NCBI GenBank assembly: GCA_963606965.1
Contig: CAVDAL010000120.1
Location: 6,751-70,750, forward strand
Direction of reading: 5' to 3'
Length of the DNA stretch: 64,000 nt
DNA from: Acutalibacteraceae bacterium
GTDB taxonomy: Bacteria; Actinomycetota; Coriobacteriia; Coriobacteriales; QAMH01
Shown here: piece after piece, positions 18,148 through 28,188 of the stretch
Layout: every line of letters begins with the position of its first letter
Numbering within the stretch: the stretch's first letter is position 1
Program-made: the position numbers and the translations under genes
Notes under the pieces: model-generated
Database searches by the model: none
What the model was told of the DNA's origin: nothing
What the model saw: only the letters and a program-made list of their open reading frames with translations

Positions 18148-19506
18148 TTAGTAAAAATCACGAGCAAGCAAGTCGCCATATGTCTCGCGGCGAACAATTC
18201 GTCTTGCTTCACCATCACAAACCATAACAATACCTGGGCGAATTTGTTTGTTGTAATTGCTTGCCATTTCATTGCAATAAGCGCCAGTGCCCAAAACGCA
18301 AATAATGTCGCCGGCTTTGCATTCTTGCAATGCAGAATTTTTCACAACGACATCGCCGCTTTCACAATGTTTGCCAACAATATCACAAATTGTATTACGG
18401 GGCTTATCAGCATGATTAACAACAAAAGCTTCATATTTGCTTCCATATAATGCAGTACGAATGTTGTCTGTCATACCACCGTCCACAGCAACATATGTAC
18501 AAATTCCAGGCACTTCTTTAACAGAACCAACTGTATAAAGAGTAATACCTGCATTAGCAACAATTGAACGACCTGGTTCAACATATAAATGAGGAGCAGG
18601 ATAATCAAACTTTTCACAAGCATCTTTTACAGCTTCTGAAAGCAATTTAGCAAAATCTTCAATGCTTGATGGCTTGTCATAAACAGTATAAGGAATGCCC
18701 AAGCCGCCGCCCATATCAAGGTCTTTTGCGACAAAGCCAAGCTCTTCGCGGATTGAATCCATAAATTTAAAGATGACTTTTACAGCTTCTTCATAGCTTT
18801 TAAGTTCAAAAATTTGTGAACCAATGTGGCAGTGATAACCTGTCAATTCAAGATTTTCAAGGCTAAGCGCAAATTCAGTTGCAGTTTTTGCAGCTCCATT
18901 GCGAATATTAAAACCAAATTTTGAATCTTCATTTGCTGTTTGAATGTATGAATGAGTATCTGCTTCAATGCCAGGGCAAATGCGCAAAATTACACGCTGC
19001 TTCATGTTGCGCTTTGCAGCTAATTCATTTATGCGTTCAAGCTCTTCATGTGTATCAACAACATAACATGCAACACCAGCAGCCAAGCCTTCATCAATTT
19101 CTTTGCTTGACTTATTGTTGCCCTGCATAAAGACCATATCCATTGGGAATGATGCAGCTTTTGCCATTGCAAGCTCACCGCCGCTAGCGCAATCAATGCC
19201 GCATCCTTCTTCTGCAACAATCTTATCCATAACTACTGTGCAAAATGCTTTTGCTGCATAAACAACACTAGATTCTGGATAATATTTATGGAATGAATCA
19301 ACAAAAGTGCGCAACTGAGTGCGAATATGATCTTCATCATAAACATAAAGAGCTGTTTCAAATTTATCAACAATATCAAGCAAATCCATGCCTGCTAAAG
19401 TGACTTTATTGCCTTCAACTTTCATATTTTTTGGCGCACAGAAAAGCAAATCTGCAGCCGTATAATTATCTGGTATTACATGTTCGCGTTGTGCCGCAAT
19501 AGACAT
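18148..19506 (-). CDS. lysA: Diaminopimelate decarboxylase
   Basis: This is a fold-III PLP decarboxylase (VVYAAKAF, GGGLGIPY, CESGD). It sits in the argS-lysA-hom arrangement typical of Actinomycetota. Confidence 0.9.
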   Translation of the reverse strand: MSIAAQREHVIPDNYTAADLLFCAPKNMKVEGNKVTLAGMDLLDIVDKFETALYVYDEDHIRTQLRTFVDSFHKYYPESSVVYAAKAFCTVVMDKIVAEEGCGIDCASGGELAMAKAASFPMDMVFMQGNNKSSKEIDEGLAAGVACYVVDTHEELERINELAAKRNMKQRVILRICPGIEADTHSYIQTANEDSKFGFNIRNGAAKTATEFALSLENLELTGYHCHIGSQIFELKSYEEAVKVIFKFMDSIREELGFVAKDLDMGGGLGIPYTVYDKPSSIEDFAKLLSEAVKDACEKFDYPAPHLYVEPGRSIVANAGITLYTVGSVKEVPGICTYVAVDGGMTDNIRTALYGSKYEAFVVNHADKPRNTICDIVGKHCESGDVVVKNSALQECKAGDIICVLGTGAYCNEMASNYNKQIRPGIVMVCDGEARRIVRRETYGDLLARDFY

Positions 19507-19514
19507 AAAAACTC

Positions 19515-21272
19515 CTACATTCTTTCTGGGCTAGAAACACCTAATAAATCTAAACAGTTCTCTAAAACTTGACGCGTTGCATTTGCAACATACAAACGCG
19601 CAGTTGTTAAAGTTTTGTCTTCACCAATAACATGGCAATTGGTATAAAAACGATGAAATTCAGCCGCTAAGCTTTCTGCATAATGCGTCAACCTGAATGG
19701 AGCAAGGTCGCGAGCACAATTTTTCACAGTGTCTGGGAATTCAGACAGCTTGCGCGAAAGTGCAAATTCAGCTTCATCAGTCAAAACTGAAAGGTCAGCA
19801 TTTTCTGGAATAAATTGCTGCGCAATTTCTTCTATTGAAAGACTTTCATCCTTAGCAGCCTTGCGCAAAATGCTGCAAATGCGAGCATGAGCATATTGCA
19901 CATAATAAACAGGATTTGAAGAATCAGCACGCTTTGCTTGTTCAATATCAAAATCAATTGCTTGGTCAGTTGAACGCGAAAGCATTAAATAACGCGTTGC
20001 ATCTGTGCCAACTTCATCAATAAGTTCTTCAAATGAAACCATCTCGCCTGTACGCTTTGACATTCTTACAGGTTTACCATCGCGGAAAAGATTAACAAGC
20101 TGGCCAATAATAATTTCTGGTTGCTTTGGATGATCAAAAACTTCACCAACAGCTTGGATGCGCTTTATATATCCATGATGGTCTGCGCCAAGTAAGTCAA
20201 TGCAACGAACAAAACCGCGGTCAAACTTATCTTTGTGATAAGCAATATCCGGAGCAAAATATGTATATGCACCATCAGCTTTGACTAATACGCGATCTTT
20301 ATCATCGCCAAAATCTGTAGTTCTGAACCATTTTGCATCATCTTTTTCATAGATATAGCCACGTTTATCAAGTTCATCTATTGTGCGAGAAATTTTTGAA
20401 GTACCACGCTCGTCAAGTGCATGAAGAGTGCGTTCGCTAAACCAAACATCAAAATGCAAACCAAAGCTGTCCAATACATCTTGCACGTGCTTCAAAACTG
20501 AAGAATATGCTTTTTCCAAAAAGTAAGACTTACGAGCTTGGTCATCTGCATCGACCCACTTGCTTCCTTCTTGTTCATAAATTTTGCAAGCAATATCAAT
20601 AACATATGCGCCAGCATAACAATTTTCTGGCAATAATGCTCTGTAATGTTCAGCATTATCAATAATATGACCATAAGCCTGTTCAAGTGTCTTGCCACCA
20701 GCCACAAGTTCAGCAACTTGTAAATATCTAGCAGCAACAGATTCAGCAAAAATATTCATCTGATTGCCAGCATCATTAATATAAAATTCGCGAGTTACAT
20801 CAAAGCCGCTGAAGCTCATAACTCTGCAAATTGCATCGCCTAAAGCTGCCCATCTGCCATGTCCAAGGTGCATAGGGCCAGTTGGATTAGCAGAAATAAA
20901 TTCTACATCTATCTTTGCGCCTTCACCATAATTGCTAGAACCATAAAGCTTGCCTGCTTTGCGCACCTTTCGAAATGTCTCTTGCAAAGCAGCATTTGAC
21001 AGATAAATATTTATAAAGCCAGGACCTGCAATTTCAACAGATGCAATTGAATCATCTTGCTTAATATTATCAACAACAATCTGTGCGATTTCTCGTGGGT
21101 TTTTCTTTGCGCTTTTAGCCATGCGCATAGCAATTGAAGTTGCCCAATCTCCATGGCTTACATCTTTAGGGCGTTCCAATGCAGCTTCTGGCACATCTTC
21201 AACTTGAAGCTGGCCAGCTTCAATAGCGCTTTTAACAGCTTCTTCAATTATTTGTTCAATATATTCGCGCAC
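19515..21272 (-). CDS. argS: Arginine--tRNA ligase
   Basis: The HIGH-type motif is PTGPMHLGHGR and the KMSK-type motif is RMSKRTGE. A C-terminal DALR anticodon-binding region is present. The ORF is 585 aa. Confidence 0.95.
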   Translation of the reverse strand: MREYIEQIIEEAVKSAIEAGQLQVEDVPEAALERPKDVSHGDWATSIAMRMAKSAKKNPREIAQIVVDNIKQDDSIASVEIAGPGFINIYLSNAALQETFRKVRKAGKLYGSSNYGEGAKIDVEFISANPTGPMHLGHGRWAALGDAICRVMSFSGFDVTREFYINDAGNQMNIFAESVAARYLQVAELVAGGKTLEQAYGHIIDNAEHYRALLPENCYAGAYVIDIACKIYEQEGSKWVDADDQARKSYFLEKAYSSVLKHVQDVLDSFGLHFDVWFSERTLHALDERGTSKISRTIDELDKRGYIYEKDDAKWFRTTDFGDDKDRVLVKADGAYTYFAPDIAYHKDKFDRGFVRCIDLLGADHHGYIKRIQAVGEVFDHPKQPEIIIGQLVNLFRDGKPVRMSKRTGEMVSFEELIDEVGTDATRYLMLSRSTDQAIDFDIEQAKRADSSNPVYYVQYAHARICSILRKAAKDESLSIEEIAQQFIPENADLSVLTDEAEFALSRKLSEFPDTVKNCARDLAPFRLTHYAESLAAEFHRFYTNCHVIGEDKTLTTARLYVANATRQVLENCLDLLGVSSPERM

Positions 21273-21290
21273 GTTATCTTTCCTTTAAAA

Positions 21291-22217
21291 CTATTCTGCA
21301 GCAATCAAAACAGCAGCTACTTGCTTCTTGCGTGACAAAACACCAGGCATCCAAACTGGGCCATTCTCAAAGCTAATATCGAATGCCTTTTCAATAAATG
21401 CAATATCGCCAGCTGCAATAAAGTCTGAACCTTCAACGATGATATCTGTCATCATCATCAAAGCCGCATCATATCCTTTGCTTGTTTGCAAAGATTTAAC
21501 AGCATTTTCAATTTCTTCATATCTGTCTTTCATGCCTGCTAAATCTACTGTTTCATATTGAGCAATCCAGACCTTCTTACCACCAAAATCGAATTCTTTT
21601 GAATCGCGTGTAATGATTTCATCAACTGCTACATCTTCATCGCCACCGCGTGACTTGAAAATCTTCATACCAAATTCTGTTGCATCAACACCAAGAATTC
21701 CACTTAATTCTTCAACAGCTTCTTCATCGATTTTTGTAGCTGTTGGCGACTTCAAAATTACTGTGTCAGTAAGAATAGCGCTTAATAAACAAGCTGCAAT
21801 CCCCTTTTCAAATTCAATATCATAATTCTTATAAATCTTATAAACGATTGTTGCAGTAGAGCCAACTGGAGCATTAAAAAAGAAAATTGGATTTGCTGTT
21901 GTCACGTCTGCAATGCGATGATGATCTACAACTTCAACAAGCTCAGCATTGTTAAGACCGTCAACTGCTTGGCTCATTTCATTATGGTCAACAAGAATAA
22001 CTTTGTCGCCATCAACAACAGATTCAATTAGCTCTGGCATGCCTTCCAAACCATATTCATTGAAAATCATTTCACTTTCAGCAGGAAGTGGCCCTAATCG
22101 AACAGGAATATATTCATTATCAGGGTCAAGCATATCCTTAAGGTGAGCATATGTATATGCTGCCATAATTGAGTCATTATCGGGGTTTTTGTGTCCAACA
22201 ACATAAATTTGAGCCAT
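21291..22217 (-). CDS. ppaC: Family II (Mn-dependent) inorganic pyrophosphatase
   Basis: The N-terminus is DHH-family (VVGHKNPDNDSIMAA) and the VVDHHRI motif is present, followed by a DHHA2 C-terminus. Confidence 0.9.
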   Translation of the reverse strand: MAQIYVVGHKNPDNDSIMAAYTYAHLKDMLDPDNEYIPVRLGPLPAESEMIFNEYGLEGMPELIESVVDGDKVILVDHNEMSQAVDGLNNAELVEVVDHHRIADVTTANPIFFFNAPVGSTATIVYKIYKNYDIEFEKGIAACLLSAILTDTVILKSPTATKIDEEAVEELSGILGVDATEFGMKIFKSRGGDEDVAVDEIITRDSKEFDFGGKKVWIAQYETVDLAGMKDRYEEIENAVKSLQTSKGYDAALMMMTDIIVEGSDFIAAGDIAFIEKAFDISFENGPVWMPGVLSRKKQVAAVLIAAE

Positions 22218-22352
22218 GGTTTCCTCCGTGAGAATTTTGTATTTATATATGTATTTCTACAAGCGCAAAATTATACAATTAGACAAGCAAAAGCACCGCT
22301 TTGAACAAGCGTGTTTACTTTAGAAGTGCAATATGTTTCCATCAAGAGAAAA

Positions 22353-24665
22353 CTAAATCTTAACAAGCGGAGCATAGCCTTTCATAAGCTTCTTTGTCTG
22401 GCCACTTCTATCAAAACGCACAACAATTCTATCCCCTGCAGATTCCAGCACAACGCCAGTGCCAAAAGTCTTATGTTCTACTTTATCCCCTGCAGCAAAA
22501 TCAATATTTGCGCTTGCCTTGCGAGGTGAATTATCCGCTGAAGATGAACGCCCAGTTTTGCCAAAGACTTGCCCTGAATACATATCTTGTCCATTGCCTG
22601 AACCATATGTCCCGCGCCTGTCTCCGCGCTTTTCCCAACCTGTGCCTTTCATTCCGCGTGAACCAATTCCTTCATGGTCAATCAGCTCTTTTGGAATTTC
22701 ATCGACAAAGCGTGACCTTGGATTAGCTTGCGAACTATTAAAAGTTCTGCGCGTTTGCGCATGCGTGATATATAGCTTTTTCCTTGCGCGAGTAATTGCA
22801 ACATATGCAAGCCTGCGCTCTTCTTCAACATTATGTTCTTGGATTGAATTTGTGTGAGGGAAGATTCCCTCTTCCATCCCAGTAACAAAAACATAATCAA
22901 ATTCCAAGCCTTTTGCGCTGTGAATAGTCATGAAAGTTATCATTTCGCCATTTGCTGTATCAAGAGTGTCTAAATCTGTACGCAAAGATAGCCATTCCAT
23001 AAAATCTGGAAGCTGCGGCTCGCGAACTTCATCAGAATTTTCAACTTCAATATATTCATGAGTTTCAACAAATTCACGAACAACGCCCATAAATTCTGCA
23101 ATATTTTCTTTGCGGCTTATATTTTCTTCACTGCGCTTTTTGTCCAAAGCAGCAACAATGCCAGTGCGTTCAACAATCATATCAACAATACTATAAAGGT
23201 CTCCGGAATATGATTGTGCTTCTTCAATCAATTGCACAAAAGAAATTAAAGCATTGCGCGTCGCCATGCGAAGGTTTGCATCTTCGCGGGCAAGCTTTGC
23301 AGCATCAAAAAAGGATAAGTTTTTCTCATTTGCAAGCTGCGCAATATAATCAATTGATGTTTTGCCAATTCCGCGTGTAGGCGTATTGATAATTCGCATT
23401 GCGCTTACATCGTCAGCATTATTTGTAACTAGCTTCAAATAAGCCATTACATCGCGAATTTCTGCACGTTCAAAAAAACGAGTGCCGCCAACAATTGTAT
23501 ATGGCAAACCTGCGCGCAAGAACATATCTTCAAGAATACGACTTTGAGCATTTGTTCTGTAAAAAACAGCGATGTCATTATAAGATGTGCCCTTGCGGTG
23601 CAAATTTTCAATTTCTGAAGCAATCCAGCGGCCTTCATCGCGTTCATCTGATGCTAAATATAAAGCAGCATGTTCGCCTTTGCCTTTGCTTGTAAACATA
23701 TGCTTTGCTTTGCGCGCGCTATTGTGAGCAATCAAAGCATTTGCAATATCCAAAATTGTGCCGCTTGAACGGTAATTTTCTTCCAGTTTGATTGTTTGTG
23801 CGTCTGGCCAGTCGCGTTCAAAGTCGAGAATGTTTCTGATGTCTGCGCCGCGCCAAGAATAAATTGACTGGTCATCGTCGCCCACAACCATAATATTGCG
23901 GTGAACTTGCGCAAGCATTTTTGTTATTTCATATTGCGCACGGTTTGTATCTTGATATTCATCCACAAGGATATATTTAAATTTGTCTGCATATTCATGT
24001 GCAATATCAGAATTATCGCGGAATAAAACATATGTGTAATAAAGTAAGTCATCGAAATCCATTGCATTAGCACGTTGCAAGCGCTTGTTATATGCTTCAT
24101 AAATTGCACTTACTTTTTTGTCGAAAAAGTCCCCTGCTCGCAATGCATATTCACTTGGGCTTAAAAGTTCATTCTTTGCGCTTGAAATGCGTGAACGAAC
24201 AGCCGCATCTGGTACTGTTTTTGTAGAAAGCCCTTGTTCTTGCATTATCTGCTTGATCAATCGCTTTGAATCATCCGTATCATAAATTGTGAAATTCGAT
24301 GTGAACCCTAAAACGCCTGCTTCAGAGCGAAGAATTCTTACACACATACTATGGAATGTATTTATCCAAATGCCACGAGTTGAAAATGGCACTAAATCTT
24401 CAAGGCGCGTGCGCATTTCTTTAGCTGCCTTATTTGTAAATGTCACAGCCAAAATATTCCAAGGGTCACACCCATTTTCAATAACATGTGCAATGCGATA
24501 TGTTAAAACGCGAGTCTTGCCACTGCCAGCGCCAGCCAAAACCAAAAGCGGACCTTGAGTGCATTCGACAGCATGTCGCTGTTCTTCATTTAAGGAAGAT
24601 AAATCTAACAACTTTTCTCTTTTCTTATCTATTTTTAAATTAAAGTTTTGCCCAAAGCTTCGCAC
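22353..24665 (-). CDS. pcrA: ATP-dependent DNA helicase PcrA/UvrD
   Basis: Motifs include AGAGSGKT, DEYQDTN and VTFMTIHSAKGLEF. The ORF-track GTG start at 24665 overlaps the upstream gene by 31 nt. The TTG at 24611 (giving MLDLSSLNEEQ) is an alternative start. Confidence 0.9.
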   Translation of the reverse strand: MRSFGQNFNLKIDKKREKLLDLSSLNEEQRHAVECTQGPLLVLAGAGSGKTRVLTYRIAHVIENGCDPWNILAVTFTNKAAKEMRTRLEDLVPFSTRGIWINTFHSMCVRILRSEAGVLGFTSNFTIYDTDDSKRLIKQIMQEQGLSTKTVPDAAVRSRISSAKNELLSPSEYALRAGDFFDKKVSAIYEAYNKRLQRANAMDFDDLLYYTYVLFRDNSDIAHEYADKFKYILVDEYQDTNRAQYEITKMLAQVHRNIMVVGDDDQSIYSWRGADIRNILDFERDWPDAQTIKLEENYRSSGTILDIANALIAHNSARKAKHMFTSKGKGEHAALYLASDERDEGRWIASEIENLHRKGTSYNDIAVFYRTNAQSRILEDMFLRAGLPYTIVGGTRFFERAEIRDVMAYLKLVTNNADDVSAMRIINTPTRGIGKTSIDYIAQLANEKNLSFFDAAKLAREDANLRMATRNALISFVQLIEEAQSYSGDLYSIVDMIVERTGIVAALDKKRSEENISRKENIAEFMGVVREFVETHEYIEVENSDEVREPQLPDFMEWLSLRTDLDTLDTANGEMITFMTIHSAKGLEFDYVFVTGMEEGIFPHTNSIQEHNVEEERRLAYVAITRARKKLYITHAQTRRTFNSSQANPRSRFVDEIPKELIDHEGIGSRGMKGTGWEKRGDRRGTYGSGNGQDMYSGQVFGKTGRSSSADNSPRKASANIDFAAGDKVEHKTFGTGVVLESAGDRIVVRFDRSGQTKKLMKGYAPLVKI

Positions 24666-25414
24666 AATATGCGCAGTTCAGCTACTAAATTTTCAAATTG
24701 TTCAAAACTCAGCTGCTGTTGAGCATCAGACTTTGCAGATGCTGGGTCAGGATGGATTTCAATCATGATTGCATCTGCTCCTGCAGCAACACCTGCCTTA
24801 GCCAAGGCTGGAACAAGGGCGGCGTCTCCTGCTGGGTGGCTAGCATCAACTGCAATGTAATAATTTGTCTTGTTATGAACAATTGGCACAGAAGCAATGT
24901 CTAGTGTAAAGCGCGTTTGAGTTTCAAAACTGCGAATTCCGCGTTCACACAAAACGATATTGTCATTTCCATGCTCTGTTAAATATTGCGTTGTTTGCAA
25001 CCATTCATCAATTGTAGAAGCCATAGAACGCTTAAACAAAATTGGAGTCTTTTGTTCAGCTGTCTGTATTGCAACTTCTTTTAACAACTCATAATTCATC
25101 ATATTTCGAGCGCCAATTTGAATTGCATCAACATGGGTCATTAAATATTGAATATGCTTTGCATCGACAAGTTCAGTGATACAATGCAAACCAGACGCAT
25201 GTGCAGCATCGCGCAAAATGTCTACGCCGCTAAGCCCAAGACCTTGAAAAGATTTAGGATTTGTTCTTGGTTTAAAAGCTCCTCCGCGCATCCATGAAAG
25301 CCCACAATCTGCAATTAGTTTTGCAGTGCTCTTCACCTGTTGTTCACTTTCAACAGAACAAGGACCTGCTATGAGCGTTACACAATCTTTTTTGCATATA
25401 GTCAAAGAATCCAT
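24635..25414 (-). CDS. 3-deoxy-7-phosphoheptulonate (DAHP) synthase, type I-beta
   Basis: IAGPCSVES and GGAFKPRTNPKSFQGLG are DAHPS/KDO8PS-fold signatures. The 259-aa size fits an unfused I-beta enzyme. Confidence 0.8.
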   Translation of the reverse strand: MDSLTICKKDCVTLIAGPCSVESEQQVKSTAKLIADCGLSWMRGGAFKPRTNPKSFQGLGLSGVDILRDAAHASGLHCITELVDAKHIQYLMTHVDAIQIGARNMMNYELLKEVAIQTAEQKTPILFKRSMASTIDEWLQTTQYLTEHGNDNIVLCERGIRSFETQTRFTLDIASVPIVHNKTNYYIAVDASHPAGDAALVPALAKAGVAAGADAIMIEIHPDPASAKSDAQQQLSFEQFENLVAELRILCEALGKTLI

Positions 25415-25421
25415 TGCACCA

Positions 25422-26009
25422 CTACCTATGATATTCCGAATAGTCGCGACGCTGGTTTTTTACACTATGCCTTGCCGCGGACTTTGGCTTGCTTATATTT
25501 ATCAAGCGCATAAAAACAAAGACGCAAATCCAACCAATAATTAATCCTAAAACAATTCCAGCCAAAACGTCAGTTGGATAATTCACGCCAAGATACATTC
25601 TTGCAAACATAATTATTACACTAAATATTATTGAAACAAAGCCGAATTTTCCACCAAAACAACGCGCAATAATAAAGCTTGCAGCAACGCATGAAGCAAC
25701 ATGGAAACTTGGGAATGAATAGCCTTCATGCAAAACACCAACAACTGTGTTAAGCCCAATAATCGCATCAAATGGTCTATCGCGCCCGACCAACATTCCA
25801 ATAAGCACAACGCCAATAAGAGCGCACAATATAACAGATGCAATTAAAGCAAGTCCTTCTTTTCGTCTGTCTTTAACGAAGATAAGGAAAATCAAGCCAA
25901 GAACAAGCCAAATAAATCCATGATTTGCAATTGCTGAAAAGAAGGCAAAAAGCTGCACAATAAATGGTACTCGAATTGCTTGCAGAACTAATAATATTGT
26001 GCCTTCCAT
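25422..26009 (-). CDS. PAP2-family lipid phosphatase (BcrC/PgpB-like)
   Basis: The ORF is membrane-embedded and carries the three PAP2 motifs: GRDRPF, SFPSFH and ARMYLGVNYPTDV. Confidence 0.8.
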   Translation of the reverse strand: MEGTILLVLQAIRVPFIVQLFAFFSAIANHGFIWLVLGLIFLIFVKDRRKEGLALIASVILCALIGVVLIGMLVGRDRPFDAIIGLNTVVGVLHEGYSFPSFHVASCVAASFIIARCFGGKFGFVSIIFSVIIMFARMYLGVNYPTDVLAGIVLGLIIGWICVFVFMRLINISKPKSAARHSVKNQRRDYSEYHR

Positions 26010-26067
26010 CTAATCTGTTCCCTCGTAATCTTTATTGCAATATTCGTATGACATTATACTAACAAAG

Positions 26068-26100
26068 AAACGCTCCTTATCAGGCAGCGTTTTTAATTTT
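26068..26100 (+). terminator. Terminator-like hairpin in the mntP leader
   Basis: AAACGCTCCT-TATC-AGG(C)AGCGTTT forms a 10-bp stem with one bulge and is followed by TTTTAATTTT. It ends 36 nt before the mntP ATG. No upstream plus-strand gene exists for it to terminate. Confidence 0.35.
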
Positions 26101-26135
26101 ATAAACAGAGCAAACAGGGTTTTCGGTACAAGATT

Positions 26136-26702
26136 ATGGGAATAATTGAATTAATTTTTCTATCTATTGGTTTAGCTATGGATGCTTTTGCTGTATCAAT
26201 TTGTAAAGGTCTGTCTGTTTCCAAGTTGAAGATAAAGCATATGATCATCTGCGGCGCTTGGTTTGGAGGCTTCCAAGCTTTAATGCCATTGATCGGCTAT
26301 CTTGTTGGATATCAATTCAAAGACCTTATTCAAGCATATGACCATTGGATTGCTTTTGTTTTGTTGGCGCTCATCGGCGGCAACATGATTCGTGAAGCTT
26401 TAAAAAATGAAGATGAGGAACAAGATCCTGATTTTGGTTTCAAAGCAATGATTCTTTTAGCTATTGCGACAAGCATTGATGCTTTAATTATTGGAATCAC
26501 ATTTGCATTTATGAATGTAAATATTATTTTGGCACTTATTCTTATTGGCGTAATAACTTTTGCACTTTCTGCTACAGGAGTAAAAATCGGTAACGTGTTT
26601 GGCGCACGTTACCGATCAAAAGCCGAACTTGCCGGCGGCATTGTTTTAATTTTGCTTGGTATAAAAATTATCCTTGAGCACCTGGGATTTCTGGCATTCT
26701 AA
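26136..26702 (+). CDS. mntP: Manganese efflux pump MntP
   Basis: The 188-aa six-TM protein has the duplicated DUF204 motif ([11 protein letters not shown] and [13 protein letters not shown]). Confidence 0.85.
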   Translation: MGIIELIFLSIGLAMDAFAVSICKGLSVSKLKIKHMIICGAWFGGFQALMPLIGYLVGYQFKDLIQAYDHWIAFVLLALIGGNMIREALKNEDEEQDPDFGFKAMILLAIATSIDALIIGITFAFMNVNIILALILIGVITFALSATGVKIGNVFGARYRSKAELAGGIVLILLGIKIILEHLGFLAF

Positions 26703-27714
26703 CATCATCTTGTGCCCATTCTGGAACATGGCGCTTTAAATAGTGACCAACTGCACGCATAGCCAAGACATCGCCAAGCACTAAAATTGCAGAAGCAACA
26801 TATCCAAAGACTAAGATTATTAATAATATAACAAGAGACACTCCTCCGCTTAATAAAGGAAAAGATTCCATGCCATAAGATAAATAATATACAGAAAAAC
26901 CCAATCCGGCACAAATGACGGCAATGATTATGAAAGCAATTCCAATAACAATGCATGCACATATAGCAAAAACAATTTGAGAAAGTATGCCATTGCAAAC
27001 CAATGTTCCAAGTTTCTTGGTATAAGCATTCCAAAGCATCTTAAAATCAAATCCACCTGCAATGCTATCTTTAGTAACTACTTTAATTTCAGAAACTAAT
27101 TGCCATCCAGTCATCATAAATGTCAATGCCATAACAGCGACAGCGCCAACGAGTGGTACAACATTTAAAATGCCAACAGCAATAGAAAGAGCAATTCCAA
27201 GTATCACATCAAAAACAATTAGGAAAAAGCCAATCTTGAAGTAAGGACCAATCTGAATTTTTGGCAATGTGAAGCGCTTGCCAACGGAAACGTTTGCAGC
27301 CCAACGTGAAATATAACCTTTAGAGGAGAAGTTCAAAATTGGAACCATTTGAATCAATGCCAAAAGCAGCATCTTCCCAAACCAGCCATCGCTTTCTTTA
27401 ACATCGCGCCATGCAGCGCCAAAGCAAGATTCGCTATATGTCTTTGTAACAGTTGTTGCTGGCGTTGTTGCTTGCGCGCTAGCAGATTCTGCATTTGTGC
27501 TAGCTTCACCAGCTGCACTATTTGAATTTGAAGTTTCTTCATTTGAAGTTTCACCTGCAGCAACAGAAGTAGCAGTGTCTTCCTGTGCAGCTTCAACGTC
27601 TTCAACCTTAACATCTTCACTGTAAAGCTCTTGTGGCAACTTCTCGCCACAATTAGAGCAAAACTTACTGCCATTTAAAGCAATAATTTCTTTGCCACAT
27701 TTGGGACAAAACAT
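26668..27714 (-). CDS. Zinc-ribbon membrane protein of unknown function
   Basis: The N-terminal zinc ribbon is CPKCG...CSNCG. An acidic, Thr/Ser-rich linker ([13 protein letters not shown]) follows, then at least 5 predicted TM helices. It is the last gene of the FHA operon. Confidence 0.7.
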   Translation of the reverse strand: MFCPKCGKEIIALNGSKFCSNCGEKLPQELYSEDVKVEDVEAAQEDTATSVAAGETSNEETSNSNSAAGEASTNAESASAQATTPATTVTKTYSESCFGAAWRDVKESDGWFGKMLLLALIQMVPILNFSSKGYISRWAANVSVGKRFTLPKIQIGPYFKIGFFLIVFDVILGIALSIAVGILNVVPLVGAVAVMALTFMMTGWQLVSEIKVVTKDSIAGGFDFKMLWNAYTKKLGTLVCNGILSQIVFAICACIVIGIAFIIIAVICAGLGFSVYYLSYGMESFPLLSGGVSLVILLIILVFGYVASAILVLGDVLAMRAVGHYLKRHVPEWAQDDVRMPEIPGAQG

Positions 27715-27723
27715 AAATGTCTC

Positions 27724-28188
27724 CTATTCCGTTTGAGCGATGTACTCAAACAACATTTCGAACGTACCTATTTGAACGTGGGAGCCCACGTTTAAAACGA
27801 CTTCGTCAACGATCGAACCATTGACCCATGTTCCATTTAAGGAACTATTGTCCTTTATCTTAACGATTGAGTCTTTAATTTCAATGCTTGCATGATGTCT
27901 GGAAACAGTCATATTGTTCAAGAAGATATCACATTGTGGGTCACGCCCTAATGTAAATGTTCCACTATCTTTTAAAATAAATCGCTCGCCACTATATGGA
28001 CCTTTCACAATACAAAGCGCTGGAACAGGGCCATCACTAGCTGGTTTTTCTTTTTCTTCAGCTTCAACAGAAACCGGCTTAAATTTTTGTGTCTGACCAA
28101 TCAATTTAAATCCACATCTTGGACATGTTTGCGCTTGTTCGTCTAATTCAACTTTACAAACAGGACAAAGTGTTTTTCCTTCTGTCAT
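27724..28188 (-). CDS. Zinc-ribbon + FHA domain protein
   Basis: The N-terminal zinc ribbon is CPVCK...CPRCG. The C-terminal FHA signature is LGRDPQCDIFLNNMTVSRHHASI...SLNGTWVNG. Its start overlaps the upstream stop codon (TAATG). Confidence 0.85.
   Translation of the reverse strand: MTEGKTLCPVCKVELDEQAQTCPRCGFKLIGQTQKFKPVSVEAEEKEKPASDGPVPALCIVKGPYSGERFILKDSGTFTLGRDPQCDIFLNNMTVSRHHASIEIKDSIVKIKDNSSLNGTWVNGSIVDEVVLNVGSHVQIGTFEMLFEYIAQTE

Noticed and set aside
24635-24665. A 31-nt overlap between the DAHP synthase 3' end and the pcrA GTG start. This raised the possibility of a frameshift or fusion.
   Set aside because: Both frames are intact. The overlap disappears if pcrA starts at the in-frame TTG at 24611. 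It is a start-codon ambiguity, not an anomaly.
26010-26135. I expected a yybP-ykoY manganese riboswitch upstream of mntP.
   Set aside because: The conserved GGGGAGUAG and UUGACA blocks and the four-helix layout are not present in the 126-bp region. Only a simple hairpin is seen, and that is reported separately.
26668-26702. A 35-nt convergent overlap of the 3' ends of mntP and the zinc-ribbon membrane protein gene.
   Set aside because: It is real in the sequence but short and common in compact genomes. There is no evidence of functional antisense regulation.
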